The notes beneath the pieces were generated by a model that saw only the letters and a list, made by a program, of their open reading frames with translations, was not told the DNA's origin and did no database searches. Below, piece after piece: positions 55,623 through 64,000 of a stretch of 64,000 nucleotides of DNA (the first letter of the stretch is position 1; each line of letters starts with the position of its first letter). The DNA lies in NCBI GenBank assembly GCA_021413845.1, contig JAIOPP010000057.1:81690-145689 (forward strand). The letters run 5' to 3'. Source of the stretch: Planctomycetia bacterium. GTDB lineage: Bacteria; Planctomycetota; Planctomycetia; Pirellulales; PNKZ01. A program made the position numbers and the translations under genes.

Positions 55623-55955
55623 TTACGTTCGGCCTCGGCGAGATCGGCTCTTCACTGCGCGCAAGTTCGACTCACTTTGAACCTTAGCTCGTACTCCTTG
55701 GGTTGAGTTGTCGTTTTCCCCCAAATAGGGTTAAACGCAGCTTGTTTGGGTTCAAAAAGTAATCGATTGCATGGCAAATATCGGTTTCGCCGGCGACGAA
55801 TATGCTGAAAATCAGCTTGAAAATGGCCGGAAGTCCTTTTTGAAATGGGTGCGTCGGGGCGTTGCGAGGTTAAAATCTCGGCGGCCTGCCCGAATGCATC
55901 CCTTGCCCGCCTCCCGCTTCATCCCAAGAAGCCTCGCCTAGGAATTACCGCCCCG

Positions 55956-57560
55956 ATGGAAAACGCCGTCAGCTTCGCCCGGTTTCGTATCTCCGCGATC
56001 GTCGCCCTTGCCATGTTCGCAGGGGTCGTCTCGCTCTCGGCAGACGAACTCCAAGACCTCCAGGCGAAAGCGGAGAAGGGGGATGCCGCGGCTCAATACG
56101 AGTTGGCAGGGCGCTACGCCGGCGGTAAAGGGATCGAAAAGGATGAGCAAGCTGCGCTCAAGTGGTATCTCAAAGCCGCAGAGCGCGATTACGTTCCGGC
56201 TTACATCAGTCTGGGTTCGATTTACTCCCACGGGTTCGGCGTCAAGCAAGATTGGGCCGAGTCGATCCGCTGGTTTCGCAAAGGGGCTCTAGCCGGAAAT
56301 CGGATCGCACAGCACAACCTCGGGCTCGACTACAACTATGCGCACGGTGTCGAGCAAGATTTCGCCGAAGCTGCACATTGGTTTCGCTTAGGTGCCGAAC
56401 AAGGGCAACCGCGCTGCCAATATAATCTCGGCCAACTCTACGAAGCAGGTCAAGGGATGCCTGCGAGCAAACTGGAAGCGTTCATCCTCTATAGCCTCGC
56501 TTCGGCCCACGATAACCAAAACCACATTTTCGGCGAGCCGAAGGCGAAAGAGATCGTCGCGAAGCGCGAAGCAATCGTAAAAACCCTTACGCCCGCAGAG
56601 CTGGAAACCGCACGTCAACGGATCGCGACGTTTCAAGCCAGCGTGCCGGTGCATCCTCGACGATTCGGCGCTCCCGACGGCAACATCGGCACGACGCGCG
56701 GCTGGTACATTTGGCGCAGCTTTAATCCCGACACATGGGAAGCCGAAGTCACCCACGATCGCCCGCAAGACTCGGGCACACCCGAGGTTTTTAAGGTTCG
56801 GATGTTGCCGTGGGCGACGACCTATCGTTATCTCGCTTATGGTGCGGGCCCCGAAGGATTGCTTCCCGGCGAACGCGTGAACATCTTCTTCAATCCCGAC
56901 GAACATCACAAACGCGGCTACCTCGTTCACTTTCAGGATGAAATTTGCCAGATGAAAGGGCACGGCCACTCATGGGAAGTTTGCAAACTCACGGCCGGCG
57001 GTTTCACGGCCCGTGTCGTCGCCGGCGATAAACCGATGGACGATCAGGAGCGCGAATTCGCCTTCGATCCCGAATGCCGTGTCTGGTCGAAGGGCGAGCT
57101 CGTGCCCAAGGCGAAGTTAGCGCAAGGAGATCACGTTTACATGACCTGGTGCGTCCGCGACGGCAAACAAGTCGTGAAGCTGCTGAGCGACGAAACGAGC
57201 CTGGAAGCGATCAAGAAATTAGAGTCGGAGCGGCTCGCCAAGACGATCGCCGCGGAAGGACTTGCCGGCCGCTTAGAGAGCGTCGACGGCGACCGAATTC
57301 ACTTCATGATCTTCGCCGAACATTGGTCGCAATCGCAGCAGCTTAAAGAGGGATCGCGCGTACGCATCAGCGGAACCGGCAAGGGATTCCATCCCGAAGG
57401 GCCGACGGTCGAAGCGACCGTCACGTTCCGCAAGAACCGAGGCACCTATGGCTCCGGCGTAACGGACTTGCTACTAAAACCAACACGCACGGAAGACCTA
57501 CCGCAATTTCGTGCTCTCCTCAACTCGCCCGTGCTGCGGGTGATTCGCGTCGAGCCATGA
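55956..57560 (+). CDS. Sel1-repeat protein with an uncharacterised C-terminal domain
   Basis: Start set at ATG 55956. Signal/anchor ISAIVALAMFAGVVSLSA. At least 5 Sel1 repeats (GDAAAQYELAGRYAGGKGIEKDEQAALKWYLKAAE ... NRIAQHNLGLDYNYAHGVEQDFAEAAHWFRLGAEQG ...). Confidence 0.75.
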   Translation: MENAVSFARFRISAIVALAMFAGVVSLSADELQDLQAKAEKGDAAAQYELAGRYAGGKGIEKDEQAALKWYLKAAERDYVPAYISLGSIYSHGFGVKQDWAESIRWFRKGALAGNRIAQHNLGLDYNYAHGVEQDFAEAAHWFRLGAEQGQPRCQYNLGQLYEAGQGMPASKLEAFILYSLASAHDNQNHIFGEPKAKEIVAKREAIVKTLTPAELETARQRIATFQASVPVHPRRFGAPDGNIGTTRGWYIWRSFNPDTWEAEVTHDRPQDSGTPEVFKVRMLPWATTYRYLAYGAGPEGLLPGERVNIFFNPDEHHKRGYLVHFQDEICQMKGHGHSWEVCKLTAGGFTARVVAGDKPMDDQEREFAFDPECRVWSKGELVPKAKLAQGDHVYMTWCVRDGKQVVKLLSDETSLEAIKKLESERLAKTIAAEGLAGRLESVDGDRIHFMIFAEHWSQSQQLKEGSRVRISGTGKGFHPEGPTVEATVTFRKNRGTYGSGVTDLLLKPTRTEDLPQFRALLNSPVLRVIRVEP

Positions 57561-57586
57561 ACGACGCGCGAAAGTGAACAGGGCGA

Positions 57587-58801
57587 CTACTTCCCTTTTT
57601 TCTCGGAGGAATGCTCTGTAGCGCGCTCCGCAGTTTCGGAAGTCAACCCATTGAAGGTCTTGATAAAGTCCGCAAGCGGCATGGTGAACCGGCCCCCTTT
57701 TGTGGGATAGCCGTTCTCTAGGCCGGGCGTTCCTTGGGGCTCGAAATGATTGCACCACGGGTTCCACACCTCGACGGTTTGCGACGCGTGATCGTAATCC
57801 AACACGGCTAACACATGGTCGCTCGGAATGCCGGCGGGCAAGTGCTTCGGCGATAGCGTGCCGGTCGTAGTGATGTGCTTCGCGCGCTGCGCCGTAGTCA
57901 GAATCTCCGCGACTTCCTTCATCAAATGTGCGACCTCGCTCTTCGTCGGCGGCTCTTCCGGATTTTTTCGAAACAAGGTGAGCTTCGCCCGATGGCCGGT
58001 GAGAATGGGTATGACGTCGCGCGAATGTCCTCCCCGACTCAATACGTCGAGCGACAATTCATCGGGCCGACTTCGCTTGTGTGATGCAGCCCAACGGCGG
58101 CTGAAGGCTTGCTCCAGAATGTTCAGCCAGAGCCCTTGATCGCCGGCAGTCGAACCGAGCAGGACTTGCGCGTCGGTGAGATGACGGGCTTCGACCGTCT
58201 CGCCGTCGCCGAACTCCACGCGATAGGAACCATCTGCCGAAAGTGAAACGATACTCCGAATATGGTCGGGCCGGCGATGCACCGCAGAGCCGATCGTCGC
58301 CAGGAAGAAGCAGTCGCCCAAGCGACCTTGCTTAAACCCTTCGAGACTCGGCGCACCGGACGAGAATGCGGTCGTCGGTCGTTCGCGGACATGCTCGATA
58401 AAGCCGGCATACCAAATCCGAAAATTAGGGACGGCCGTTTCTTTATCGCGACGTCCCTCAGCGTGCTCCGCCGTTTTGCGAAGCAGGAAATCAAGCGTCA
58501 AAGGAGGCCAAGTCGGCGTTCCTGCCGCATTCTTAACCCGGCGCTGGTACAGATGAATCGCCGCCAAGGCGGCAGCATCGGCACCGCGAGTCGTCAGATC
58601 GATCAGCGCGGGATTGATCTCGTCGGCTTCTAGCTTGTCGTTCCGATTACGATCCCAGTGCGCGAATTTGCTTTGAACCGTTTCATCGAACGTCGGACTA
58701 CCGGATGGCTCGGCGGCAAGTAGCGCAGTCGCCATGAGCATCAACGATGCCGTTAAAGCTTGCGTCGTTGCAATCGCGCTCCGCTTGATTACCGTCGACA
58801 T
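57587..58801 (-). CDS. Calpain-like cysteine protease (peptidase C2-like) with an EF-hand-like loop, secreted
   Basis: Signal peptide (LTASLMLMATALLAA). EF-hand-like loop DRNRNDKLEADE. Catalytic blocks QGRLGDCFFLATIGSA (Cys), SDHVLAVLDYD (His) and VEVWNPW (Asn). Confidence 0.7.
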   Translation of the reverse strand: MSTVIKRSAIATTQALTASLMLMATALLAAEPSGSPTFDETVQSKFAHWDRNRNDKLEADEINPALIDLTTRGADAAALAAIHLYQRRVKNAAGTPTWPPLTLDFLLRKTAEHAEGRRDKETAVPNFRIWYAGFIEHVRERPTTAFSSGAPSLEGFKQGRLGDCFFLATIGSAVHRRPDHIRSIVSLSADGSYRVEFGDGETVEARHLTDAQVLLGSTAGDQGLWLNILEQAFSRRWAASHKRSRPDELSLDVLSRGGHSRDVIPILTGHRAKLTLFRKNPEEPPTKSEVAHLMKEVAEILTTAQRAKHITTTGTLSPKHLPAGIPSDHVLAVLDYDHASQTVEVWNPWCNHFEPQGTPGLENGYPTKGGRFTMPLADFIKTFNGLTSETAERATEHSSEKKGK

Positions 58802-58922
58802 CGAAAAGGCCTCGGATGGGGGTTGGGGCTCTTTTCGATTTTGATTACCTAGATTTTGAAATCAACCCCGAGCCTAGCGCTATCCGCCGCGGGAATCGCT
58901 AAAGCATGCGAGTTCGGCGAAG

Positions 58923-60701
58923 TTACCGGCTTCGCTTCGTCACCGTTACGCTTTGGATATAGTACTTGTTGTACTTGTCGCCGTCGGATTCAAGGTTGAA
59001 GTTGAAGCCCCAGTAGTTCACGAATTGGGCGTCGTCGAGTTTCCACGTAATCGTGTGCCATTGCTTATTATCAGGCACGGTATACCAGCCGCCGGCGGTC
59101 TTGAAGCCGGTCGTCGATTCGTAGACGAGCTTGAAGCCTGAGTTCTCGTTCGCCGGATTGCGGCGGACGACGGCCGTGATCTCAAGCGGCACTACGTCAT
59201 GGCTTAAGAAGTTGGGATCGACCGTAAAGACGTTGCCGCCGGGTACGTTTCCGGCCCGAGCCGAGCCGCCGTAGGCGATCACGGCGGCGGCGACATCGGC
59301 ACCGGAACCGGTGTGCAATCCTCGCTCGACCATCGTCTCGCCGAACGTGATCGAAACGGATTCGGCGTTCGTGTAGTCGCCGCCCCAAGGAAACGGCTTG
59401 GCCAGGTTCGATTGCGCTTGATCGACGAGCGACTGCGGCACGTCCAGCACGAGGATCGGGGCGACCGTCAACTCATAGCTGCGTGCCTCTACGAGGTTAC
59501 TCGTCGTCGGATTGACGATCCGCACCTCTCGTTCGAACTCGACGCGCTCCGGTTTCCCGGGCCGCGACCAAGTCGCGAGAAACTTTCCGTCGACACCTTG
59601 AAAGACGAAGCCGTAGTGCCGATCGTTGAGGAGCACCCAACCCAAATACTTCGGGCGATTCCCGAAGTAGCGAATCATCTGCTGCATCGCGGTGTACGCC
59701 GGTCGGGGCGTACCGTGGACGTCGATCAATCCCATCGGGCCGCTGTCGCCGTCGCGCCCTTCGAACCATTGGATACACGCGACGCCTTGCGCAATTCCCA
59801 TCACGTAGGCCTTGATGAGAGCATGTGCTTGGTTGTCGGCACCTTTAGCGGCGTCGGAGCCGAGTTCCGTGAAGATGATCGGTACGCCGGCCTTCGCAGG
59901 GTTGCGCGCCGCGAGCATTTTGCGCACAGTCGGCACGATATGCATGTACACGGCTTCCGAACCCCTGTTATCGGAGATGCCGTTGAGAACTTCATACGGA
60001 TGCAACACGATGTAGTCGAAATGGTCTTTCGCGCCGGCTTCGATCGCTTGCTCCAAGTAGTTCACATGCGCACTCTTGGCGGCCAAGCCGATTAGGTTGC
60101 CGGGATCGATCGCCTTGGCGGCGTCGTACGCGCTGACGACGATCTTCGCATAGTCAGCCGGCGTTTGATCGCGGCCGGTGCCGTTCGGCGGCTCATTCCA
60201 AATTTCAAAGTGCTTCGCCTTTCCCTTCACATGCGCAGCGACTTGCGAAACGTAGTTCGACCAAGCCTTCAAGTTGTTCACGGGCAACGTGCCCGGTGCA
60301 TCGAGCCGGTTCCACTTGGGGCTGCCGTGCATGAGCAAACCGAACTGATATTTTTGATCGGCGAGGTACTGTATCTGTCGATCGAACTCGTCCCAGGTCC
60401 ACTTTCCTTCCTCGGGCTCCAATGCCCCCCAAGCCGCTTGCGGCGAACGATAAACGCTCAAGCCGATCGCAGACATTTGCGGGATCCAAGTCGCATTGTC
60501 GGCCAGCGAGCGATTGCGAACATGACAGCCGCCGACACCGAAAGGGCTCGGAAATGCCTCAGCACTGGATGTCGACTCTTGCGGCGCTACGGCAGCCGCA
60601 ACCGTCGCCAATAGAAATATCCCGACGAATCCGACGAACGGAATGGTCTTGAAAGATCGAACGCTTCGGATCAAGCATGCCGAACGGCAACGGTACATCA
60701 T
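58923..60701 (-). CDS. Glycoside hydrolase, clan GH-A TIM-barrel type (family not assignable by eye) with a C-terminal beta domain
   Basis: Signal/anchor. HFEIWNEPPNG (acid/base Glu in the NEP motif) and PIIFTELGSD (nucleophile Glu). About 200 aa of C-terminal extension. Confidence 0.65.
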   Translation of the reverse strand: MMYRCRSACLIRSVRSFKTIPFVGFVGIFLLATVAAAVAPQESTSSAEAFPSPFGVGGCHVRNRSLADNATWIPQMSAIGLSVYRSPQAAWGALEPEEGKWTWDEFDRQIQYLADQKYQFGLLMHGSPKWNRLDAPGTLPVNNLKAWSNYVSQVAAHVKGKAKHFEIWNEPPNGTGRDQTPADYAKIVVSAYDAAKAIDPGNLIGLAAKSAHVNYLEQAIEAGAKDHFDYIVLHPYEVLNGISDNRGSEAVYMHIVPTVRKMLAARNPAKAGVPIIFTELGSDAAKGADNQAHALIKAYVMGIAQGVACIQWFEGRDGDSGPMGLIDVHGTPRPAYTAMQQMIRYFGNRPKYLGWVLLNDRHYGFVFQGVDGKFLATWSRPGKPERVEFEREVRIVNPTTSNLVEARSYELTVAPILVLDVPQSLVDQAQSNLAKPFPWGGDYTNAESVSITFGETMVERGLHTGSGADVAAAVIAYGGSARAGNVPGGNVFTVDPNFLSHDVVPLEITAVVRRNPANENSGFKLVYESTTGFKTAGGWYTVPDNKQWHTITWKLDDAQFVNYWGFNFNLESDGDKYNKYYIQSVTVTKRSR

Positions 60702-60891
60702 CGGAGTTCACACAGTACGAGATTGGTTCTGGAAATCTGCCTTCCGCTCTAAATACCGGCGAGGAAGTTATGCGGACGACCGGGGAGCAATCAGGCACGC
60801 TCTGGTGCCTCAGCCCAATAAAAAAAGTCAGCGATGAACAGCGTAGAACACGCTAGAACATCGCTGACCGTAACTCCGAGCGTCGTAGAAG

Positions 60892-60965
60892 TGGGCGACA
60901 CAGGACTCGAACCTGTGACCCCTACCGTGTGAGGATAGTGCTCTAACCAACTGAGCTAGTCGCCC
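60892..60965 (-). tRNA. tRNA-Val (anticodon CAC)
   Basis: Manual fold of the reverse complement: GGGCGAC-TA-GCTC-AGTTGGTTA-GAGC-A-CTATC-CTCACAC-GGTAG-GGGTC-ACAGG-TTCGAGT-CCTGT-GTCGCCC-A. 74 nt. U33 and A37 are present and the T-loop is TTCGAGT. CCA is not encoded. Confidence 0.9.
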
Positions 60966-61067
60966 GAACGCTTCGGGTTCGCGACGACTCGGAGCCTTTA
61001 CTTTCGCCATCGTCAACCGGCGAAGCATCGCCGGAGCGAAAGTTATACGAAAACCGGCGGCGTTCGA

Positions 61068-61334
61068 CTAGGCCGCGCCTTCGGCCGGAGGTGGCTCGAA
61101 TTTCGGCGTCGAAACTTCTTCGCGGTCTTCGATGCTACGAGCTACGCGCGACGACGACGAACTGCTGCTCACGCGCGATGCACTGTTCACTTCTTCGTCG
61201 ATGCCGTGCATGCCCTTCTTGAACTCATTGAAGCCCTTGCCGACCGACTTGGCGACTTCCGGCAGCCGATTGCCGAACAGCAGGATAGCGAGCACGCCGA
61301 TAATGACCATTTCCATCGGACCGAGGCCAAACAT
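61068..61334 (-). CDS. tatA: Twin-arginine translocase subunit TatA/E
   Basis: Start set at ATG 61334, preceded by GAGGAG. MFGLGPMEMVIIGVLAILLFGNRLPEVAKSVGKGFNEFKKG, then a Ser-rich acidic tail. Confidence 0.85.
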   Translation of the reverse strand: MFGLGPMEMVIIGVLAILLFGNRLPEVAKSVGKGFNEFKKGMHGIDEEVNSASRVSSSSSSSRVARSIEDREEVSTPKFEPPPAEGAA

Positions 61335-61410
61335 GAGAAACTCCTCTGCGAATCTTTGCACTAAGCGTTGAGTAGGTACGATGCGCGAGCTTACGCGCTA
61401 AGGTATATAA

Positions 61411-61617
61411 CTAATTCTTCGGCGGCACGGTTCCCTTTTCGGAATCGTCTTCGATTCCGGAAACGCCCCGCTTGAATTCGACGATGCTCTTGCCGAAAGA
61501 TCGCGCTAAGCCCGGCAGGCGGTTCCCGAACAAGAGAAGCACGACCAGCGCAACGACCGCTAGTTCGAGAGGACCGACGCCGATGATCGCCAGAAGCGGG
61601 CTCATGATACGACTCAA
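61411..61617 (-). CDS. tatA: Second TatA/E-family paralog
   Basis: ...GVGPLELAVVALVVLLLFGNRLPGLARSFGKSIVEFKRG. The start is ATG 61617 or ATG 61605. Confidence 0.8.
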   Translation of the reverse strand: MSRIMSPLLAIIGVGPLELAVVALVVLLLFGNRLPGLARSFGKSIVEFKRGVSGIEDDSEKGTVPPKN

Positions 61618-62236
61618 TTAAAAGTGATCGAACGAGGAGGAAGAGTCGCCGACGCCGGAGGTCGAAAAGCGAGGCAACGGTGGGACGTCGGAACGATGCC
61701 GCATGCCGCCGAACTGAGAACAATCGACGCAACCGCCGGCAAAACTCCGACAACTCGATTTTACCGCCGCGAGAAAGGCAGTCAATGAGATTCCCGGCCC
61801 AATACACGTTCGCCGACCATCCGTAAGACGTTACCGATGCCACGCTTACGCTGCGAAAAGCTCGTCGCGACCGCGATTACCGGAACATCCCGTCCGGCAA
61901 GTTCGGCCTCGCAAGGCGGCCTTGGCTCTTTTACACGCTTCTCGAAGGCCGATCCAGGCATTTCAGCGAGACACATCGGCTTGTGTTGCGCTCCATCGAA
62001 ACTTCGACACGCCCGCTCCCGTCGTGCGTGTCAACGCAATCGATCGGGTAGATGCCGCAGTACGTTGCCAAGTTCGAATGCGTCGTGCGACTCGAAGTCA
62101 AGCGCATTTCTTAGCCCCTCAAATTGCACTCCGTTCGCCACTGGCGACGCCGGTTGCGCGGCTCGTATAATCGAGGCTTCGTTCACGTCCTTCGCCGACA
62201 TTCTGCGCGGCGACCGCTGGCCCAGAAGGATTTGCA

Positions 62237-62644
62237 ATGCCCGTGCTCATGGAGTTGTCGCGGATCATCATCAGTGAGATCAACGACCAACAGGTGATCT
62301 ACCTAAAAGAGGTCGATGGCGAGCGGTCGTTTCCGATTCTGATCGGCATTTTCGAAGCGACGAGCATCGACCGTTGCGTGAAAGGGGTTTCTAAGCCGAG
62401 GCCGCTGACCCACGACTTGGTCGTCAACGCCGTTCAAAATCTCGGCGGAGAGTTCGAGAGCGTACACATCACGGAATTGAAAGATCACACCTACTACGCC
62501 CGACTTCGCGTAAAGCAAGAAGGGGAGTTCGTCGAGATCGACAGCCGCCCCAGCGATGCGATCGCCGTGGCCGTGACGTGCGTACCTCCGTTGCCGATCT
62601 ACGTTTCCGAAGACGTCTTGAACGAAGTGCTAGGCGAGACGTAA
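62237..62644 (+). CDS. Bifunctional nuclease (BFN/DUF151) family protein
   Basis: VIYLKEVDGERSFPILIGIFEATSI ... RPLTHDL ... HITELKDHTYYARL ... IDSRPSDAIAVAV is the characteristic DUF151 pattern. Confidence 0.85.
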   Translation: MPVLMELSRIIISEINDQQVIYLKEVDGERSFPILIGIFEATSIDRCVKGVSKPRPLTHDLVVNAVQNLGGEFESVHITELKDHTYYARLRVKQEGEFVEIDSRPSDAIAVAVTCVPPLPIYVSEDVLNEVLGET

Positions 62645-62850
62645 GCCAGACTGCCCGGCGAGACGTTTTGTTTACGAACCTGGTCGTTGATCGACCAGGT
62701 TCTTCGACACGCTGCGACACCGGAATAACCGGAACGCGCCGTTTAATCGCGAAAATTCCTCGGTTGCCGAGATCGACTCTGGCCGGATGCCGGGGCGCGA
62801 ACTATTCTTGAACGCAATGTCGCTGAACACGCGGCTGAGGATGCGTTGCC

Positions 62851-64000
62851 ATGAATCATCGAGCCATCGTCGCGTTTGCAGGCCTTCTCGTCGGGGCGGC
62901 GACCGTGTTCGCTCTTGCTTATTACGGCAAGCTTCCAGGCATCAAAACGTCGACGACCGTCGCTTCCACGACGGACAACTATGTCGACGATGCCGGCAAC
63001 TCTTCAGCCAAGGTCCCTCTTACGCGCGTCGTGGCGCTGGCCCGACTGGAACCTGCAGACGGCACGCTCGAACTCGGCGGCGTGCCCGGCGATCGGATCG
63101 AAAAAGTTGCCGTGAAGCCGGGACAGAGCGTGCGCCGCGACGAAGAACTGGTCGTCTTGGAGAGTCGCAAGTTGCGGCAACTCGAACTCGAAGCCGCGCA
63201 ATCGCAACTCGCCGAAGCGGTCGAGCGGCTTCGCACCGAACAAAACTACGGCGACACGCTCGTTCGTGAAGCCGAGGCCGGTCTTGAAGAAGTTAAGCTC
63301 GACGACCTCGAGGTCGCTGCGCAAGAAACGCGAATCAAATCGTTGCAGTTGCAGGCCGAAGCGGCCGAGCGAAGTCTCGCCCGCACGTCGAAGCTCAGTG
63401 AAGCGGTATCGTCGCCGCAGCAACTCGATCAGGTCCGACTCGCGCGCGATCAAGCGGCCGCGGAATTCGCCGCCGCGCAAGACCAGATCAAGAAACTCAA
63501 AGCCGGTCGCGACCTCAAGCATCGCATCGCGAAATTGAAGCAAGAGGAAGCGATCGCAGGCCGAGGCAAGATCGATGCCGCCGTGCCGTTGGAATCGCTC
63601 CGCAAAGGAGTCGCCGCCGCGACGGAACGACTCAAGCAAAGCACGCTTCGCGCGCCGACCGACGGCTACGTCTTGGAAGTCCTCGGCGACGAAGGCGACG
63701 CAGTCGGCCCGACGCCGATCGTCCGCATGGGTAACGTGGCGCGCATGGTTGCGGTCGCCGAAGTCTATGAGACGCAAGCCCACTCGGTAGTGAAAGGGCA
63801 ACCCAGCGAGCTTACGGCCGACGCACTTCCCGCAAAGCTGGTCGGCAATGTCGATCGGGTCGGAACGGTCGTCGGCAAGAATCGGCTGCTCAGCGTCGAT
63901 CCGACGCATGGCGCCGATTCGCACGTCGTCGAAGTTCGCATCGCGCTCGATGAGGCTTCCTCGCGCGCGGCCGCGGTGTTCGTCGGTATGCAAGTTACTG
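62851..64000 (+). CDS. Partial CDS (383 codons, runs off the window end): HlyD/DevB-type membrane fusion protein
   Basis: My own translation from ATG 62851: MNHRAIVAFAGLLVGAATVFALAYY...RVVALARLEPADGTLELGGVPGDRIEKVAVKPGQSVRRDEELVVLES... a long coiled coil ...STLRAPTDGYVLEVLGDEGDAVGPTPIVRMGN...VVEVRIALDE. It is not in the ORF track because it has no stop. Confidence 0.8.
   Translation, partial: MNHRAIVAFAGLLVGAATVFALAYYGKLPGIKTSTTVASTTDNYVDDAGNSSAKVPLTRVVALARLEPADGTLELGGVPGDRIEKVAVKPGQSVRRDEELVVLESRKLRQLELEAAQSQLAEAVERLRTEQNYGDTLVREAEAGLEEVKLDDLEVAAQETRIKSLQLQAEAAERSLARTSKLSEAVSSPQQLDQVRLARDQAAAEFAAAQDQIKKLKAGRDLKHRIAKLKQEEAIAGRGKIDAAVPLESLRKGVAAATERLKQSTLRAPTDGYVLEVLGDEGDAVGPTPIVRMGNVARMVAVAEVYETQAHSVVKGQPSELTADALPAKLVGNVDRVGTVVGKNRLLSVDPTHGADSHVVEVRIALDEASSRAAAVFVGMQVT

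Noticed and set aside
61837-62277. 146-aa plus-strand ORF and short minus-strand ORFs in the 619-bp tatA-BFN gap
   Set aside because: The products are Arg/Ser/Cys-rich or motif-free. The 146-aa ORF would overlap the well-supported BFN gene start. I kept the region only as an unexplained non-coding or decayed stretch.
63004-63993. 329-aa minus-strand ORF listed in the track near the window end
   Set aside because: It is antisense to an uninterrupted plus-strand HlyD/DevB reading frame with clear family motifs, and its own product has none.
1-64000. Scan for CRISPR arrays, IS/transposase or integrase genes, prophage genes, rRNA, tmRNA, RNase P and SRP RNA
   Set aside because: I found none by eye. 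There are no regularly spaced direct repeats, no transposase/integrase-like ORFs, and no conserved ncRNA signature strings. The only RNA gene I could support is tRNA-Val at 60892-60965.

Overview
High-GC, CG-dinucleotide-rich, gene-dense bacterial chromosome segment. I count about 58 protein genes, including 2 open-ended CDSs and one 40-aa ORF that the ORF track misses, plus one tRNA-Val(CAC). I saw no rRNA, CRISPR array, IS element or prophage. The gene content suggests Planctomycetota (Pirellulales-like), which is inference only: an LEDR-type N-terminal motif on a giant surface protein, many prepilin-type proteins, a hybrid Pil/Gsp machinery cluster, ECF sigma, and Sel1/TPR proteins. Layout: (1) 1-4.3 kb, giant repeat/cadherin surface protein. 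(2) 4.6-12.7 kb, tight 5-gene operon of TolC-like OMP, truncated SecA-like ATPase, three HlyD-type adaptors (one GAF-fused, one fused to a PqqD-like domain plus an M50 site-2 protease core), with no ABC/RND/MFS pump. This is my top candidate for an undescribed envelope-spanning export/processing system. (3) uvrB, comEA-like, nadC. (4) 16.6-33.7 kb, type IV pilus / T2SS-like supercluster: 4 pseudopilins, pilMNOP-like, secretin, TPR lipoprotein, embedded HK-RR-STAS module, PilB/GspE ATPase with an MshEN-type motif, PilC/GspF. (5) rpsU, small lipoproteins, ECF sigma/anti-sigma, nagA, BON protein, enolase-superfamily enzyme, NarL-type two-component system. (6) 45.3-50.4 kb, minimal type VII-like module: two WXG100-like small proteins carrying WxD instead of WxG, a 210-aa helical protein, and a 1324-aa EssC/EccC-like FtsK/SpoIIIE ATPase. 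This is the second candidate system. (7) D-aminoacylase, POT transporter, orphan HK, GspG-like pseudopilin, Sel1 protein, calpain-like protease, GH-A hydrolase, tRNA-Val, two tatA paralogs, BFN nuclease, and a DevB/HlyD gene running off the end. All functional calls rest on motifs I recognise by eye in the translations. No database search was run, so family assignments should be confirmed with HMM/structure searches.
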